Shown here piece after piece: positions 35,987 to 46,215 of a DNA stretch of 56,043 nt (positions are counted from its first letter, which is position 1; the number at the start of each line of letters is the position of its first letter). The translations under genes were made by a program, and so were the position numbers. The notes beneath the pieces are model-generated. The model was given only the letters and a program-made list of their open reading frames with translations, did not search any database and was not told where the DNA came from. This stretch comes from Patescibacteria group bacterium (GTDB lineage Bacteria; Patescibacteriota; Minisyncoccia; Phycocordibacterales; Phycocordibacteraceae). The DNA lies in contig JAGWVF010000008.1 in the NCBI GenBank assembly GCA_018971045.1, forward strand, positions 1 to 56,043, written 5' to 3'.

Positions 35987-36745
35987 CTACTGCCCCGCTG
36001 AGATCGCTTGGACGGTCGCTTGGATACCGAGAGAGATCGCCTTGGATCCAAGGAGGATGAGCGCGCCGACGAGCGTCCAAAGAAGAGCCGAGCGCGCGGT
36101 TGAGATCTTGGTTGAATCGCCGCGAGCGACGACGAAGAGGAAGCCGACATAGATGAGCATCAATATAACTACTACCGAGCCGATTTGGATCACGAAATCA
36201 AGGATCTTATTAAGAAAATCCATAAGACTCCCCGGTCCGCTCGGACCGCCGAGGGGATTTATGAGAGAAATGGATTCTCCGCCGACGCCAGTACTCGGAC
36301 CTGAACCCGGGCCGGGTTGGACTACGCCGTCGCCGCCCGTTCCGGGGCTGGGCTGCACAGACGGCGTTTGATTACTCACTGGAATACAGTAATAGGTAGC
36401 CATATAACTACGCTGATTCATCACACAGGGATGTCCGCATTGGTTAGCGCAGGAAATTTCATCGAGGTAATTCGTAGCGTTTGCGGCTTCTGTCGGTATG
36501 CACATCGGTATACTGGGAAGAGAATCGCCGGCAGTTGGAGATGATGCGACGCAAGTTTGATTAGTCGGACAACCGTTACTACCGCCCGCCCACGACCATG
36601 TTAGCCCAATGGGGCCTGCTGTCGAACATAATTTCTGATCAATGATCGTATATGAGAAAGAGGAAGTTTGTGTGGCTTCGGCCGAAGACGCAAAAAGACA
36701 TGCGGTAAAGATAAGAGTGGCGATCAAGAAAAAGCGAGTGTTCAT
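35987..36745 (-). CDS. VirB2/TrbC-like pilin paralog 1 with Cys-rich N-terminal domain
   Basis: Signal peptide, 8-Cys domain, L.NPL, IYVGFLFVVARGD..KI..AR.ALLWTLVGALILLGS. Confidence 0.82.
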   Translation of the reverse strand: MNTRFFLIATLIFTACLFASSAEATQTSSFSYTIIDQKLCSTAGPIGLTWSWAGGSNGCPTNQTCVASSPTAGDSLPSIPMCIPTEAANATNYLDEISCANQCGHPCVMNQRSYMATYYCIPVSNQTPSVQPSPGTGGDGVVQPGPGSGPSTGVGGESISLINPLGGPSGPGSLMDFLNKILDFVIQIGSVVVILMLIYVGFLFVVARGDSTKISTARSALLWTLVGALILLGSKAISLGIQATVQAISAGQ

Positions 36746-38067
36746 TGTTGTAGCGCGGCCGTGAGCGACTGTTCGGCAGAAGCAAGAGCCGCATCGATAG
36801 TCAGACGTCCGGTAATCACGCCGTTAATCATATCCGAGAAGATTTGATCTGTAGCGGCGGCTGATGGGGATAACCAGCCGCTCGCATACAGCCCTTCTCG
36901 ATAAGCGACCGTCGCGACCGGATCAGCCGGAGCCGTCTGAAGCGCGGAGAGTTCCGCCGGAGCGAGGCCGGTATAACCCGAGATCACCATCTGCTCGGTG
37001 ACCGAGGAACGTTTGGAAAGACCGGAGAGGAGAGAGGCGATCTGATAAGCGCCGGATAGGTTGGAAGCGCCGCGCGGGATCATGAAAGCGTACATAAGCC
37101 CATAGACGCTTCTAACCGATGCCGTGGCCGGCTGTGGAACGTCGCTGACCGCGAAGTCAAGATTCGGATTCGCGGCGCGCAGATACTGCGTGCGCGATGC
37201 ATATCCAAGATAGAGCGCAAGATCTCCCGCTAGGAACATCTGCTCTGAATTCGAGAGGGACGAGTTCCAGGTGTACGAGACTTTCGAAGGATCGGCGAAT
37301 TGGGTATAGAAGCCGATCACCGCGCCGCCGGAAGGCGCGCCGCTACTAGCGTTTGTGCCGAGATTGCCAGTGATGAGTCCCATCGGTGAGACGGAAGAGA
37401 GCGGTATGCCCGTCTGCAGGAAGAGCGTGGAGAGGATGCCGCGCGCATTTTGAACGTTCGAGTAGGCGCCGAGCGCTATGAGTCCGCGCGTGATTTGACG
37501 CGTCGGCGTGAGGATCGCGACCGAGGGCACGAGTCCGATCATCGCCTCCCAGGTCGCGGGTGGGCGGGCGATGCCGTCTGAAGAGAGGATGGTGCGGTTC
37601 GAGAAAAGAACCAGCGGATCAATAAGAAACGGTATGCCGTAATAGCCGGTTCCGTCTGGTACGGCAAAGATGCTCATCCCGCCGGCAAACGAGTTTTGAT
37701 ATGTGCTCGCTGAAAGACTCGAGAACGGTATCGGCGTAACGATCTTCGCGATCGACTTCAACTCCTCCTGCGAAGCGAGAATGAGATCGGGTGAGGCGCC
37801 GCCCGATGCTATCGCGGTCGCCAGATCATTCGCGAGAGTGTTCGGATCTTTCTCGGCATAGACGACGTCTTTCAGATCGGTGTCCGTCTGCGAGAGTGCC
37901 TGCAAGGCGCTTTGCATCCCCGCTTTCGGCAATGTCCCCCAAATGAGCACGTGGCCGGCGGCGTTTTTACTCCCGCCGCCTTTATAGGTGGCGAAGAGGA
38001 AAAGGCCGATGACCGCCGCCATGCCGAACACGCCCATCAGAATGCCCTTGAAGAGAGAAATTTTCAT
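36742..38067 (-). CDS. Extracellular solute-binding protein (sugar ABC-type fold), membrane anchored
   Basis: N-terminal TM, IWGT, PDLIL, YGIPF.IDPLVLF.N, PPATW, NPNLDF.V...PQ. Confidence 0.85.
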   Translation of the reverse strand: MKISLFKGILMGVFGMAAVIGLFLFATYKGGGSKNAAGHVLIWGTLPKAGMQSALQALSQTDTDLKDVVYAEKDPNTLANDLATAIASGGASPDLILASQEELKSIAKIVTPIPFSSLSASTYQNSFAGGMSIFAVPDGTGYYGIPFLIDPLVLFSNRTILSSDGIARPPATWEAMIGLVPSVAILTPTRQITRGLIALGAYSNVQNARGILSTLFLQTGIPLSSVSPMGLITGNLGTNASSGAPSGGAVIGFYTQFADPSKVSYTWNSSLSNSEQMFLAGDLALYLGYASRTQYLRAANPNLDFAVSDVPQPATASVRSVYGLMYAFMIPRGASNLSGAYQIASLLSGLSKRSSVTEQMVISGYTGLAPAELSALQTAPADPVATVAYREGLYASGWLSPSAAATDQIFSDMINGVITGRLTIDAALASAEQSLTAALQQ

Positions 38068-38600
38068 GAAGCAGTGAAGATGATGCCGTAGTGGTGAGGT
38101 CCGGCGCGAAATGATTTCACCTTATGGAACCCCCCGGTAATAAAGAGGTCCTCGGCATCGTGTTCGGTAACGACGGCGTCGCGGGCAGGACCCATGCCGC
38201 CATAACTACCCGCCCAGTCAACAACGAGCAGTTTCCCGCCAAATTTCAACACGCGTCGTATCTCAGCGACGAGCGCCTCTCGCTTTCCGACTTGGAAGAG
38301 AGCGTTCGCAAGAATCACTGCGTCAAGCGAGGTATCGGGCAGATGGGATCCGCCTAATTTCTCGATATCGCCCCAGATCGCCTCAATAATCGGCCGATGA
38401 TGCGCGTGCGCGTTCAGCTTAAGATGCTTCAATACCTCTTCTTGGACATCTACGGCATACACTTTTCCATTCTGTCCGACGATCGCCGCGGCGGCGCGCG
38501 CGTAGTGGCCCGAGCCGGCGCCGAAATCGCCGACCTTCATTCCCTCCCGTAAGCCAAGATGCAATACGTTCTCCCGCGGAACGCTAAACGTAGCGGTCAT
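38064..38600 (-). CDS. Class I SAM-dependent methyltransferase
   Basis: VGDFGAGSG, VYAVD, RVLK.GG.LLVVDW. Confidence 0.88.
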   Translation of the reverse strand: MTATFSVPRENVLHLGLREGMKVGDFGAGSGHYARAAAAIVGQNGKVYAVDVQEEVLKHLKLNAHAHHRPIIEAIWGDIEKLGGSHLPDTSLDAVILANALFQVGKREALVAEIRRVLKFGGKLLVVDWAGSYGGMGPARDAVVTEHDAEDLFITGGFHKVKSFRAGPHHYGIIFTAS

Positions 38601-38669
38601 ATCCCTAAGATACCATGCCCTGATCGCAGTGGCTCAAGCAATGCACACGATCCGTCCGGATCGTGTTGA

Positions 38670-41135
38670 TTACAAGGCGACCATCGAGGCAATCGAGTCG
38701 CCCTCGCGCATCTTCATGATGCGCACGCCCTGGGTCGCGCGGCCGAGCGATGGAATTTCAGCGACCGAGGTGCGGATCACCTGCCCTTTCTTGGAAACGA
38801 CCACCAGTTCCTCGTCTTCGGTATTTCCGGAAATGATCTTCGCGCCAATGATCGCGCCGGTCTTGCCGGTAACCTCCGCCGTCTTAATACCCGACCCGCC
38901 GCGCCCCTGCACCTTGTATTCGCTTATGTTCGTGCGCTTGCCGTATCCCTTACTCATGATCACGAGGAGCGAAGCTTCCTTCGCGTGAGCGGGAATGACT
39001 TCCGCGGATACGACGGCGTCGCCTTTTTTAACATTCATGCCGCGAACCCCGCCGGCGGTTCGCCCCATCTCGCGCACGTCCTCCACGTCAAAACGAATCG
39101 ACTGTCCTTTCGCGGTTACGACCGAAACCGTGTCCGCATTGCCGGCAAGGTGTGCGGAAACGAGCGTATCGCCTTTCTTCAAATTGATCGCGATGATGCC
39201 TGAACGCCGAACGTCGGCGAAGCTCTTCGCCGCGACGCGCTTCACAACCCCCTCGTGAGTTACAAAAATGATCGCGGAAGCTTCGAGCGCCGCGCCCTTT
39301 GGCACCGCGAGCACGCTCGTTACCGACTCCTCGCCCGCGAGCGGCAGGAAGTTCATAATGCTCTTCCCTTTTGTGGCGCGGCGGCCTTCGGGGATCTCGT
39401 ACATCTTGATCTGGTACGCCTTGCCGAAATTCGTGAAGAACAGGAGATCGTCATGCGCGCTCGTTACCAAAAAGTGCGTGACGATGTCTTCTTCCTTCGT
39501 CGCGATGTCGACCACGCCGACTCCGCCCCGCTTCTGGCGGCGATACTCGGCCGGATTGGTGCGCTTTACATAACCGCCCTCCGTGAGAACCAGCATCGAC
39601 TCTTCGTCCGGCACCAGATCTTCAACGGAAATGTTTTGCACGCCGCCTTTCACGATGCGCGTGCGGCGATCGTCGCCGTACTTCTCCGCGAGCTCAAGCA
39701 ACTCAGCCTTGACTACGGCAAGAATCTTTTTTGGCGATGAAAGAATATCTTTGAGCCTCTTGATGAGCGCCTGCACCTCGGAGAGCTCGTCTTCAAGCTT
39801 CTTACGCTCGAGACCCGCGAGCTTGGAGAGGCGCATCTCGAGAATCGCCGCCGCCTGAAGCTCAGAGAAGCCGAATTTTTTCTGGAGCGCGAGCGATGCA
39901 GAGGGGACGTCAGCGGATTTCTTAATGATCGCGATGACTTCATCAATATGATCAAGTGCTTTGCAAAGACCGAAGAGGATATGTTCGCGCGCTTCCGCTT
40001 GGCGCAGATCAAACTCCGTACGGCGCCGCACCACTTCTTCGCGATGACCGACGAAGTGTCCCAACATCCCGGAAAGCGAGAGCATCTCGGGCACGCCGTC
40101 GACTAAGGCGAGCATATTGTAGTGGAAGGTGCTCTCGAGCTCGGTGTGTTTGTAGAGCGCATTCAACACCGCTTGCGGGTGGGCGGTGCCCTTCAACTCG
40201 ACCACGATGCGAATATCGGTCGTCGACTCGTCGCGCAGATCGCGGATGCCTTCAAGCTTCTTCTCCTGCACCAGCTCGGCGATCCTCGCGATAAGCTCGC
40301 TCTTGTTCACGCGATACGGGATCGAGGTGATCACGATCTTGGTGTCTTTCTTCCCGTCATCAACAATCTCAGCCTCGCCGCGCACGACTACGGGTCCTTT
40401 ACCGGTGCCGTAGGCATGCTTCATGTCCGCGATATTGAACGCGACGCCCCCGAGCGGGAAATCGGGGCCTTTGACGAATTGCAGGAGGTCATCCGTGGTC
40501 GCCTCAGGATTTTCAATCAAATGAACCGTAGCGGCGGCGACTTCGCGCAGATTATGCGGGGGGATGTTCGTCGCCATACCGACGGCGATGCCGAGCGTTC
40601 CGTTCAAAAGGAGATTCGGAAGCGCCGCCGGCAAAACGTGCGGCTCATCGCGCGTCGCGTCGTAATTCGGCACCCAGGCGACGGTTTCCTTATCGAGATC
40701 CGCGAGAAGCGCTTCGGCGACTCTCGAGAGCTTGGCCTCGGTGTAGCGCATCGCGGCCGGAGAGTCGCCGTCGATGCTTCCAAAGTTTCCCTGTCCGAGC
40801 ACGAGCGGATAGCGGTGCGAGAAGTTCTGCGCCATCTTGGTCATCGAGTCATAGACCGCGATATCGCCGTGCGGGTGATATTTGCCGAGCACGTCGCCCA
40901 CAACGAGCGCCGATTTGCGGAATTTTGCGCCCGGAAGAAGTCCGAGTTCCTTCATCGCATAGAGAATGCGGCGATGAACCGGCTTCAAGCCGTCGCGAAC
41001 ATCCGGGAGCGCGCGCGCCGTGATGACCGACATCGCGTAGTCGACGTACGACGTGCGCATTTCACTCACGATCGGCTGATCGATAATATTTGCCGCCGCT
41101 ATCGGCGTATCGCCTTTTTGCTCTTTCGCCGCCAT
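38670..41135 (-). CDS. gyrA: DNA gyrase subunit A
   Basis: [29 protein letters not shown], GyrA-box QKRGGVG. Confidence 0.97.
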   Translation of the reverse strand: MAAKEQKGDTPIAAANIIDQPIVSEMRTSYVDYAMSVITARALPDVRDGLKPVHRRILYAMKELGLLPGAKFRKSALVVGDVLGKYHPHGDIAVYDSMTKMAQNFSHRYPLVLGQGNFGSIDGDSPAAMRYTEAKLSRVAEALLADLDKETVAWVPNYDATRDEPHVLPAALPNLLLNGTLGIAVGMATNIPPHNLREVAAATVHLIENPEATTDDLLQFVKGPDFPLGGVAFNIADMKHAYGTGKGPVVVRGEAEIVDDGKKDTKIVITSIPYRVNKSELIARIAELVQEKKLEGIRDLRDESTTDIRIVVELKGTAHPQAVLNALYKHTELESTFHYNMLALVDGVPEMLSLSGMLGHFVGHREEVVRRRTEFDLRQAEAREHILFGLCKALDHIDEVIAIIKKSADVPSASLALQKKFGFSELQAAAILEMRLSKLAGLERKKLEDELSEVQALIKRLKDILSSPKKILAVVKAELLELAEKYGDDRRTRIVKGGVQNISVEDLVPDEESMLVLTEGGYVKRTNPAEYRRQKRGGVGVVDIATKEEDIVTHFLVTSAHDDLLFFTNFGKAYQIKMYEIPEGRRATKGKSIMNFLPLAGEESVTSVLAVPKGAALEASAIIFVTHEGVVKRVAAKSFADVRRSGIIAINLKKGDTLVSAHLAGNADTVSVVTAKGQSIRFDVEDVREMGRTAGGVRGMNVKKGDAVVSAEVIPAHAKEASLLVIMSKGYGKRTNISEYKVQGRGGSGIKTAEVTGKTGAIIGAKIISGNTEDEELVVVSKKGQVIRTSVAEIPSLGRATQGVRIMKMREGDSIASMVAL

Positions 41136-41160
41136 AGTCTACGCCGTACGCCTCGTTTAT

Positions 41161-41514
41161 TTAAAAGGGAATGACCGTTTGTTCGACTTTCTTCTGGCTC
41201 GAAACGGACGATCCGGCGTCAATAATCTCAATATGCGGCGCGGTCGTCGTCACCGCGTCTGGTACGGCCGCCGCCGCGCCGGCAAGGAGCGATGAGCCGG
41301 CCGCATTCGCGCCGGTTGTTATAACATTCTCCTGTCCGACGCTGTCCGCAAACGAGGAACCGGCAATCGCGAAGCGGTTCGTCGAGATATTTCCGATGAG
41401 CCACACGAGCGCAACGAGTATCGTGCCGGCGCCCGCCGCGGTAAATGTAATCCGCTTCCGGATATGATGCGGTTTTCCATGAATATGTTCTATGTGATCA
41501 AAAATGGTTCTCAT
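41161..41514 (-). CDS. Small single-TM hypothetical protein
   Basis: KPHHIRKRI followed by one TM; packed between the MBL gene and gyrA. Confidence 0.65.
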   Translation of the reverse strand: MRTIFDHIEHIHGKPHHIRKRITFTAAGAGTILVALVWLIGNISTNRFAIAGSSFADSVGQENVITTGANAAGSSLLAGAAAAVPDAVTTTAPHIEIIDAGSSVSSQKKVEQTVIPF

Positions 41515-41517
41515 ACC

Positions 41518-42159
41518 TTAAGAGGTTATGATTAGTATACTCCCATCGCGCCCGATGAGATCCTTTTTTTTCAAAGTGAGCTTATCGGCCTTTTCGCTTC
41601 CGTTGCCGGCTTCTTTGAGAAAGGCTTCGAGCGCCTTAGGCTCGCCCATTCCGCTCCAATGCATCGGGACGATGATCTTCGGCTCCAAGGAGACTGCAAG
41701 CTCATGCGCCTCGGCCGACGAGAGCACGCCGTCAGCGCCGATCGGCACGAAGAGCACGTCAATCTCATCGATGCTTTCGCGCGCCTCGTTTGAAAGCTCC
41801 TCATCGGCGAGCGCGCCAAGATGAACCAGCGTCATATCTTCAAGCTCGACCGAATACACCGTGTTGACGGCGCTCTCCTCGCCCTTCGCGAGGCCGTATT
41901 TGCTCCGCGACAAAAATCCCTGGATCACCACGCCCGCACGCTCGTACTCGCCCGGGCCGGTAATCGAAAACGGCGTCTTATCGCCGTAGGTGACTTCGTC
42001 GACGCCGTTCATGTCAGGATGATTGCGCGAAACAAGCGCAATGTCGGCGCCGAAGCGCACGGGAGGCAAGGCGCCGCCCTTGGCGATAGGGTCGAAAACG
42101 AGCGTAAGGTCACCCAAGGTCACCTTGAAACACTGTCCACCGTGGTGGGTAATCACCAT
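41518..42159 (-). CDS. MBL-fold metallo-hydrolase (degenerate metal motif)
   Basis: FDP, ADIALVSRNHPDMN, GPGEYE, HLGAL, IDVLFVPIG, IVPMH. Confidence 0.8.
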   Translation of the reverse strand: MVITHHGGQCFKVTLGDLTLVFDPIAKGGALPPVRFGADIALVSRNHPDMNGVDEVTYGDKTPFSITGPGEYERAGVVIQGFLSRSKYGLAKGEESAVNTVYSVELEDMTLVHLGALADEELSNEARESIDEIDVLFVPIGADGVLSSAEAHELAVSLEPKIIVPMHWSGMGEPKALEAFLKEAGNGSEKADKLTLKKKDLIGRDGSILIITS

Positions 42160-42353
42160 AAAGTAATTCTATTTTAGCACGAAATACCCGATTTCGGAAG
42201 CGTCTCGGCGAACTTTCATTTTTCGCGCGCCTATGCTATCGTGATCCCGTTGGGTGCGAGAGAAGCAAGAAAATGGCCGTAGTGCGAGGCTAACCCTGGC
42301 TGCCGAAAGGAGCTAGTACCTCGCGCGAAAATCTCCACCGCTATAAATAAATT

Positions 42354-43487
42354 ATGTCTGAAGAAGCGTCCGCGAAGACGGAAGTGAAGAAAGTGATCAC
42401 GATCGAGCTTAGCGCCGATCATCCGATGGCAGGTTTTATCGACTCGATCCCGACGCCGCCGTCACTTGGCGATCTCGTGGAGGGTACGATTATCGCGATC
42501 AACCGCGGCCGGGTGTACGTTGACCTGCCGCCCTTTGGCACCGGGCTTATCTACGGCCGCGAGTATCTGAACGCCGCCGACGTACTCCGCAAGGCGAATC
42601 CGGGCGACACGATCAGCGCCAAGGTAGTCGATCCCGCCGGCCGCGAAGGCTATATCGAACTCTCGCTGAAGGAGGCGCGCCAGGCCGCGATCTGGGGCGA
42701 AGCTGAGACTGCCATTATCAACGAAACGCCGTACTCGCTCGTCGTCGAGGAGGCCAACAAGGGCGGCCTTATCCTCACCTGGCAGGGCATTCAGGGCTTC
42801 CTTCCCGCCTCGCAGCTCTCCAAGGAGCACTATCCGCGGGTGCCCGAGGGCGATAAGGAAAAGATTCTCGGCGAACTCATGCAACTCATCGGCAAACCGC
42901 TCTCGGTGCGCATCATCACGGCCGACGCGAAGGAGGGAAAGCTTATCTTCTCGGAGCGCACCGGCAATGAGGCCGAGGAGAAAGCGTCTCTCATCGACAA
43001 ATATCAGATCGGCGATTCAGCCGAGGGAGAGGTGACAGGCATCGTCGACTTCGGCGTATTCGTGAAGCTGGAGCCCGGCCTCGAGGGCTTGGTGCACATC
43101 AGCGAGCTCGATTGGGGCCTCGTCGAAGACCCGCACGCGCTCTTCGCCGTGGGCGACAAGGTGCGCGTCAAAGTAATAGAGATCAAGGACGGCAAGATTT
43201 CCCTGTCGATAAAAGCGTTGAAGGAGAATCCGTGGCGTACGGCCACCGAGCGCTACGCGCGAGGAATGGAAGTGCCGGGCGTCATCATCAAATACAACAA
43301 GCACGGCGCCCTGGCCTCGATCGAAGAGGGCGTCGCTGGACTGGTGCACGTGAGCGAGTTCGAATCGCCGGCCGCGCTTCGCGAGACGCTCGAGCTCGGG
43401 AAGACCTACCCCTTTACCATCTCGCTCTTCGAGCCGAAGGAACAGCGCATGACGCTCATCTTTTCAGGCAATAAAAAGAAGAAATAG
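42354..43487 (+). CDS. rpsA: 30S ribosomal protein S1 (four S1 domains)
   Basis: ANKGGL, GFLPASQL, DFGVFV..GLEGLVHISEL, ISLSIK. Confidence 0.88.
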   Translation: MSEEASAKTEVKKVITIELSADHPMAGFIDSIPTPPSLGDLVEGTIIAINRGRVYVDLPPFGTGLIYGREYLNAADVLRKANPGDTISAKVVDPAGREGYIELSLKEARQAAIWGEAETAIINETPYSLVVEEANKGGLILTWQGIQGFLPASQLSKEHYPRVPEGDKEKILGELMQLIGKPLSVRIITADAKEGKLIFSERTGNEAEEKASLIDKYQIGDSAEGEVTGIVDFGVFVKLEPGLEGLVHISELDWGLVEDPHALFAVGDKVRVKVIEIKDGKISLSIKALKENPWRTATERYARGMEVPGVIIKYNKHGALASIEEGVAGLVHVSEFESPAALRETLELGKTYPFTISLFEPKEQRMTLIFSGNKKKK

Positions 43488-43493
43488 AGTGCG

Positions 43494-44096
43494 CTAGCGG
43501 GTGTTCGTATTCGCAAACTGGGACGCGGCGTCGATTCCCTTGCGTGTAAAAAGATCAATCGTCTCGACGACCTTCTTCAGCGTTTTCTTCATCACGGCTT
43601 CCTCGGCCGGCTTCCATCTTCCGATTACCATCTTGATGACTTTTTCCTCGCCCCGCACTTTCTTCGCCTGATTCTTCTTTCCTGCCGCGCTGATGCCGAT
43701 GCGAATGCGCGCGAATTCCTTCGACTTCACCGCGCGCATGACGCTCTCGACGCCCTTGTGTCCGCCGCTTCCCCGCCCCATCACGAGTTTAATCGTACCT
43801 AAGGGAAGATCGAGATCATCGTGAATCACGAGGAGATTTCTAGCGGCTTTCGGCGTCTTAATGAACGCCGCGACCGCCTTCCCGGACAAATTCATCATCG
43901 TCTCGGGCAAGACGAGCGTCATCTTCTCTCCTGCCAGCTCGCCCTTACTCACCAGTGCCTTCGCGAGCTTGTTCAGGGTGAATTCTTTGCCCTCTATGTT
44001 CTTTGCAAGAAGCTCGACCGCGCTTCGACCCGCATTGTGGCGCGTCTTTTCATACTCCTTGCCAGGATTTCCGAGTCCCACGATGACGAGTGCCAT
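43494..44096 (-). CDS. pth: Peptidyl-tRNA hydrolase
   Basis: IVGLGNPG..Y..TRHNAG, MNLSG, HDDLDLP, GSGGHKG, RIRIGI. Confidence 0.96.
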   Translation of the reverse strand: MALVIVGLGNPGKEYEKTRHNAGRSAVELLAKNIEGKEFTLNKLAKALVSKGELAGEKMTLVLPETMMNLSGKAVAAFIKTPKAARNLLVIHDDLDLPLGTIKLVMGRGSGGHKGVESVMRAVKSKEFARIRIGISAAGKKNQAKKVRGEEKVIKMVIGRWKPAEEAVMKKTLKKVVETIDLFTRKGIDAASQFANTNTR

Positions 44097-44160
44097 GCGC
44101 GCATACTAGCACAATGCATAAAAAACTTGCGCGCAGAAACCACTCGCGTACAATACTCGC

Positions 44161-44742
44161 ATGTCTGACACTGGAAAGGGTCTGCTGAAGGATCTTTTCA
44201 CGCTCGCCTTTCTCATCATCATCGTTGTCATTCCCATCCGGATATTCGTCATCTCTCCATTCGTTGTCGACGGAAAATCGATGTACCCCACGTTTGATAA
44301 CCTCGACTATCTCATCGTCGACGAGCTCGTCTACGACTTCTCCGCTCCCGCGCGCGGCGACGTCATCGTTTTCCGTTATCCGAATAATCCTTCGATTTTT
44401 TATATCAAACGCATTATCGGCCTCCCCGGCGAAACCGTCTCCATCGACCACGGCAACATTACGATCACGACCGTTGCAGGCATCAAACAGACCCTGAACG
44501 AGCCGTATATATTGAATGAAGACGTAACCTACACGAAGAAGATAACTCTCGATCCGAACGAATACTTCGTCATGGGCGACAATCGGCCGAACAGCTCCGA
44601 TAGCCGCTACTGGGGCCCTCTGCCGAGCAAGGATATCATCGGCCGCGTTGATCTCCGACTGCTTCCGCTCTCTGCGAGCGGTTTCTTCCCGGGCGCGGCC
44701 CGCTACGCCCCCGCCGCGAGCACCACTCTCGCCACGCCATGA
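44161..44742 (+). CDS. lepB: Signal peptidase I
   Basis: GKSMYPT, YIKRIIGLPGE, GDNRPNSSDSRYWG. Confidence 0.95.
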   Translation: MSDTGKGLLKDLFTLAFLIIIVVIPIRIFVISPFVVDGKSMYPTFDNLDYLIVDELVYDFSAPARGDVIVFRYPNNPSIFYIKRIIGLPGETVSIDHGNITITTVAGIKQTLNEPYILNEDVTYTKKITLDPNEYFVMGDNRPNSSDSRYWGPLPSKDIIGRVDLRLLPLSASGFFPGAARYAPAASTTLATP

Positions 44743-45884
44743 TGCGCGACGTGATTCCGGCAGAAGAACTGCTCTCTAAAGCGAACGCCGTCGGGCAATA
44801 CTACGGCTTTACGCCGCTCAGCTCGCTCGCGGTCCGAAAACGCGGCGTGATGAAGAAAAGCGCCGGGTATCCGGAATCGCTCGCGCCGCTCACGCTCGAT
44901 CCCGTCGCCGATATCGTCGCGGCCTTTCTCAAACAATTCCAGAACATCGAGTCGATGCCCTCTCCGCGCCAGCCGCTCTTCGTCTCGCATACCAATCTCA
45001 CGCCCGGCCGGCCGGCCCCGAGAAAAGCGATCATTCAATTTCACGCTCTCGGAAGCGACCGCGCGCTCGGCGAAGTTATTATTATCCGCGCGCTTATCGC
45101 GCTTGCCCGCGATCTCTTCCACGAGGAACCGACGGTTCGGATCAATTCGATGGGAGACAAAGAAACGCGCGCCCGGTATGCGCGCGAACTCGCCAACTAC
45201 TTTAAAAAGCGATCGGTCTCGCTCTCCGAAGAGTGCGCCGCCTGCGCAAAGCGCGACACGTTCGAGGCCGCTGATCTCCTTATCAAACAGGAATGCGCCG
45301 ACGACCTTCCCGCTCCGACCGAACACCTCTCTGACGCGAGCCGCAAGCGCTTCGAGGACCTGCTCGAATATCTTGAAATGACCGAGACGCCGTACGAGCT
45401 CGCGCGCGGCCTCATCAGCCGCGGCCCGCTCTGGAGCGACACCTGTTTCGAACTGCTGGTCGGCGATCGCCGGCTCGCCTGGGGATCGCGCTACAACGAC
45501 TTCGCGCGCCACTTCTTTCCGGGCGCGAATCTGAGCGCGAGCGGCGCTGTTTTCCAGATCCCGAGTTCGGGTGCGATTATGAAAAAAGCGGCGGCGCCGC
45601 GCCTTCGCTTTTCTTTCGTTCATATCGGCGACGAGGCGAAGCGGCTTTCAATCAAGCTCGCCGAAGATTTCCGCAAATCAAAGGTCGCGCTCGCGCAGGA
45701 TATCGGCGTCGAATCTTTGACCGAACAGCTCCATCTCGCCGAGCGGCGCGATAGTCCGTACCTTCTCATCATGGGTCGAAAAGAAGCGCTCGAGGGTTCC
45801 GCGATCCTGCGCAATCGCGTAACGCAGGAAGAGACGATCCTCCCCATTAACGGCCTCATCGACCGCTTGAAGGCCGTCGCCTAG
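44739..45884 (+). CDS. Degenerate histidyl-tRNA-synthetase-like protein with anticodon-binding domain
   Basis: YYGF, INSMGD..R..Y..EL..YF, GSRYN, C-terminal SL..QL..A......LI.G..E....ILRN..T..E (HGTP anticodon-binding-like). Confidence 0.7.
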   Translation: MMRDVIPAEELLSKANAVGQYYGFTPLSSLAVRKRGVMKKSAGYPESLAPLTLDPVADIVAAFLKQFQNIESMPSPRQPLFVSHTNLTPGRPAPRKAIIQFHALGSDRALGEVIIIRALIALARDLFHEEPTVRINSMGDKETRARYARELANYFKKRSVSLSEECAACAKRDTFEAADLLIKQECADDLPAPTEHLSDASRKRFEDLLEYLEMTETPYELARGLISRGPLWSDTCFELLVGDRRLAWGSRYNDFARHFFPGANLSASGAVFQIPSSGAIMKKAAAPRLRFSFVHIGDEAKRLSIKLAEDFRKSKVALAQDIGVESLTEQLHLAERRDSPYLLIMGRKEALEGSAILRNRVTQEETILPINGLIDRLKAVA

Positions 45885-45950
45885 AGTAGAGGCGGTTCTT
45901 GAAGCGTTTTTATAGACAATACCTATGCCTGTATGGTAGAATCTCCCATC

Positions 45951-46211
45951 ATGACTGCAGAAACCAGAGTTGAGGTGCGCCGAGGGAAGAACGAGAGTTC
46001 AACCGCGCTTATTCGCCGTTTTACCCGGCGCGCGCAGGGGCTTGGACTCGTCCGCGAGATGCGCGACCGCCGGTATTACAAGCGCACGAAATCGAAGAAC
46101 GTTGATCATAAGCGCGCTATGGTCGCGAAGACCCGCCGCGAAACCTACAACGAGCTCGTAAAGCTCGGCAAGATCGATCCAAGCGCCAGAAAGGTTCGCG
46201 GCAAGCGGTAA
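45951..46211 (+). CDS. rpsU: 30S ribosomal protein S21-like
   Basis: VEVRR..NES...LIRRFTRR....G......R.Y pattern; highly basic. Confidence 0.75.
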   Translation: MTAETRVEVRRGKNESSTALIRRFTRRAQGLGLVREMRDRRYYKRTKSKNVDHKRAMVAKTRRETYNELVKLGKIDPSARKVRGKR

Positions 46212-46215
46212 CCGG

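Noticed and set aside
33712-36745. Pilin array as a shufflon or diversity-generating retroelement target
   Set aside because: All genes are co-oriented with their own starts; no inverted recombination sites, reverse transcriptase or TR/VR pair seen.
40122-41174. 350-aa plus-strand ORF
   Set aside because: Antisense shadow of gyrA.
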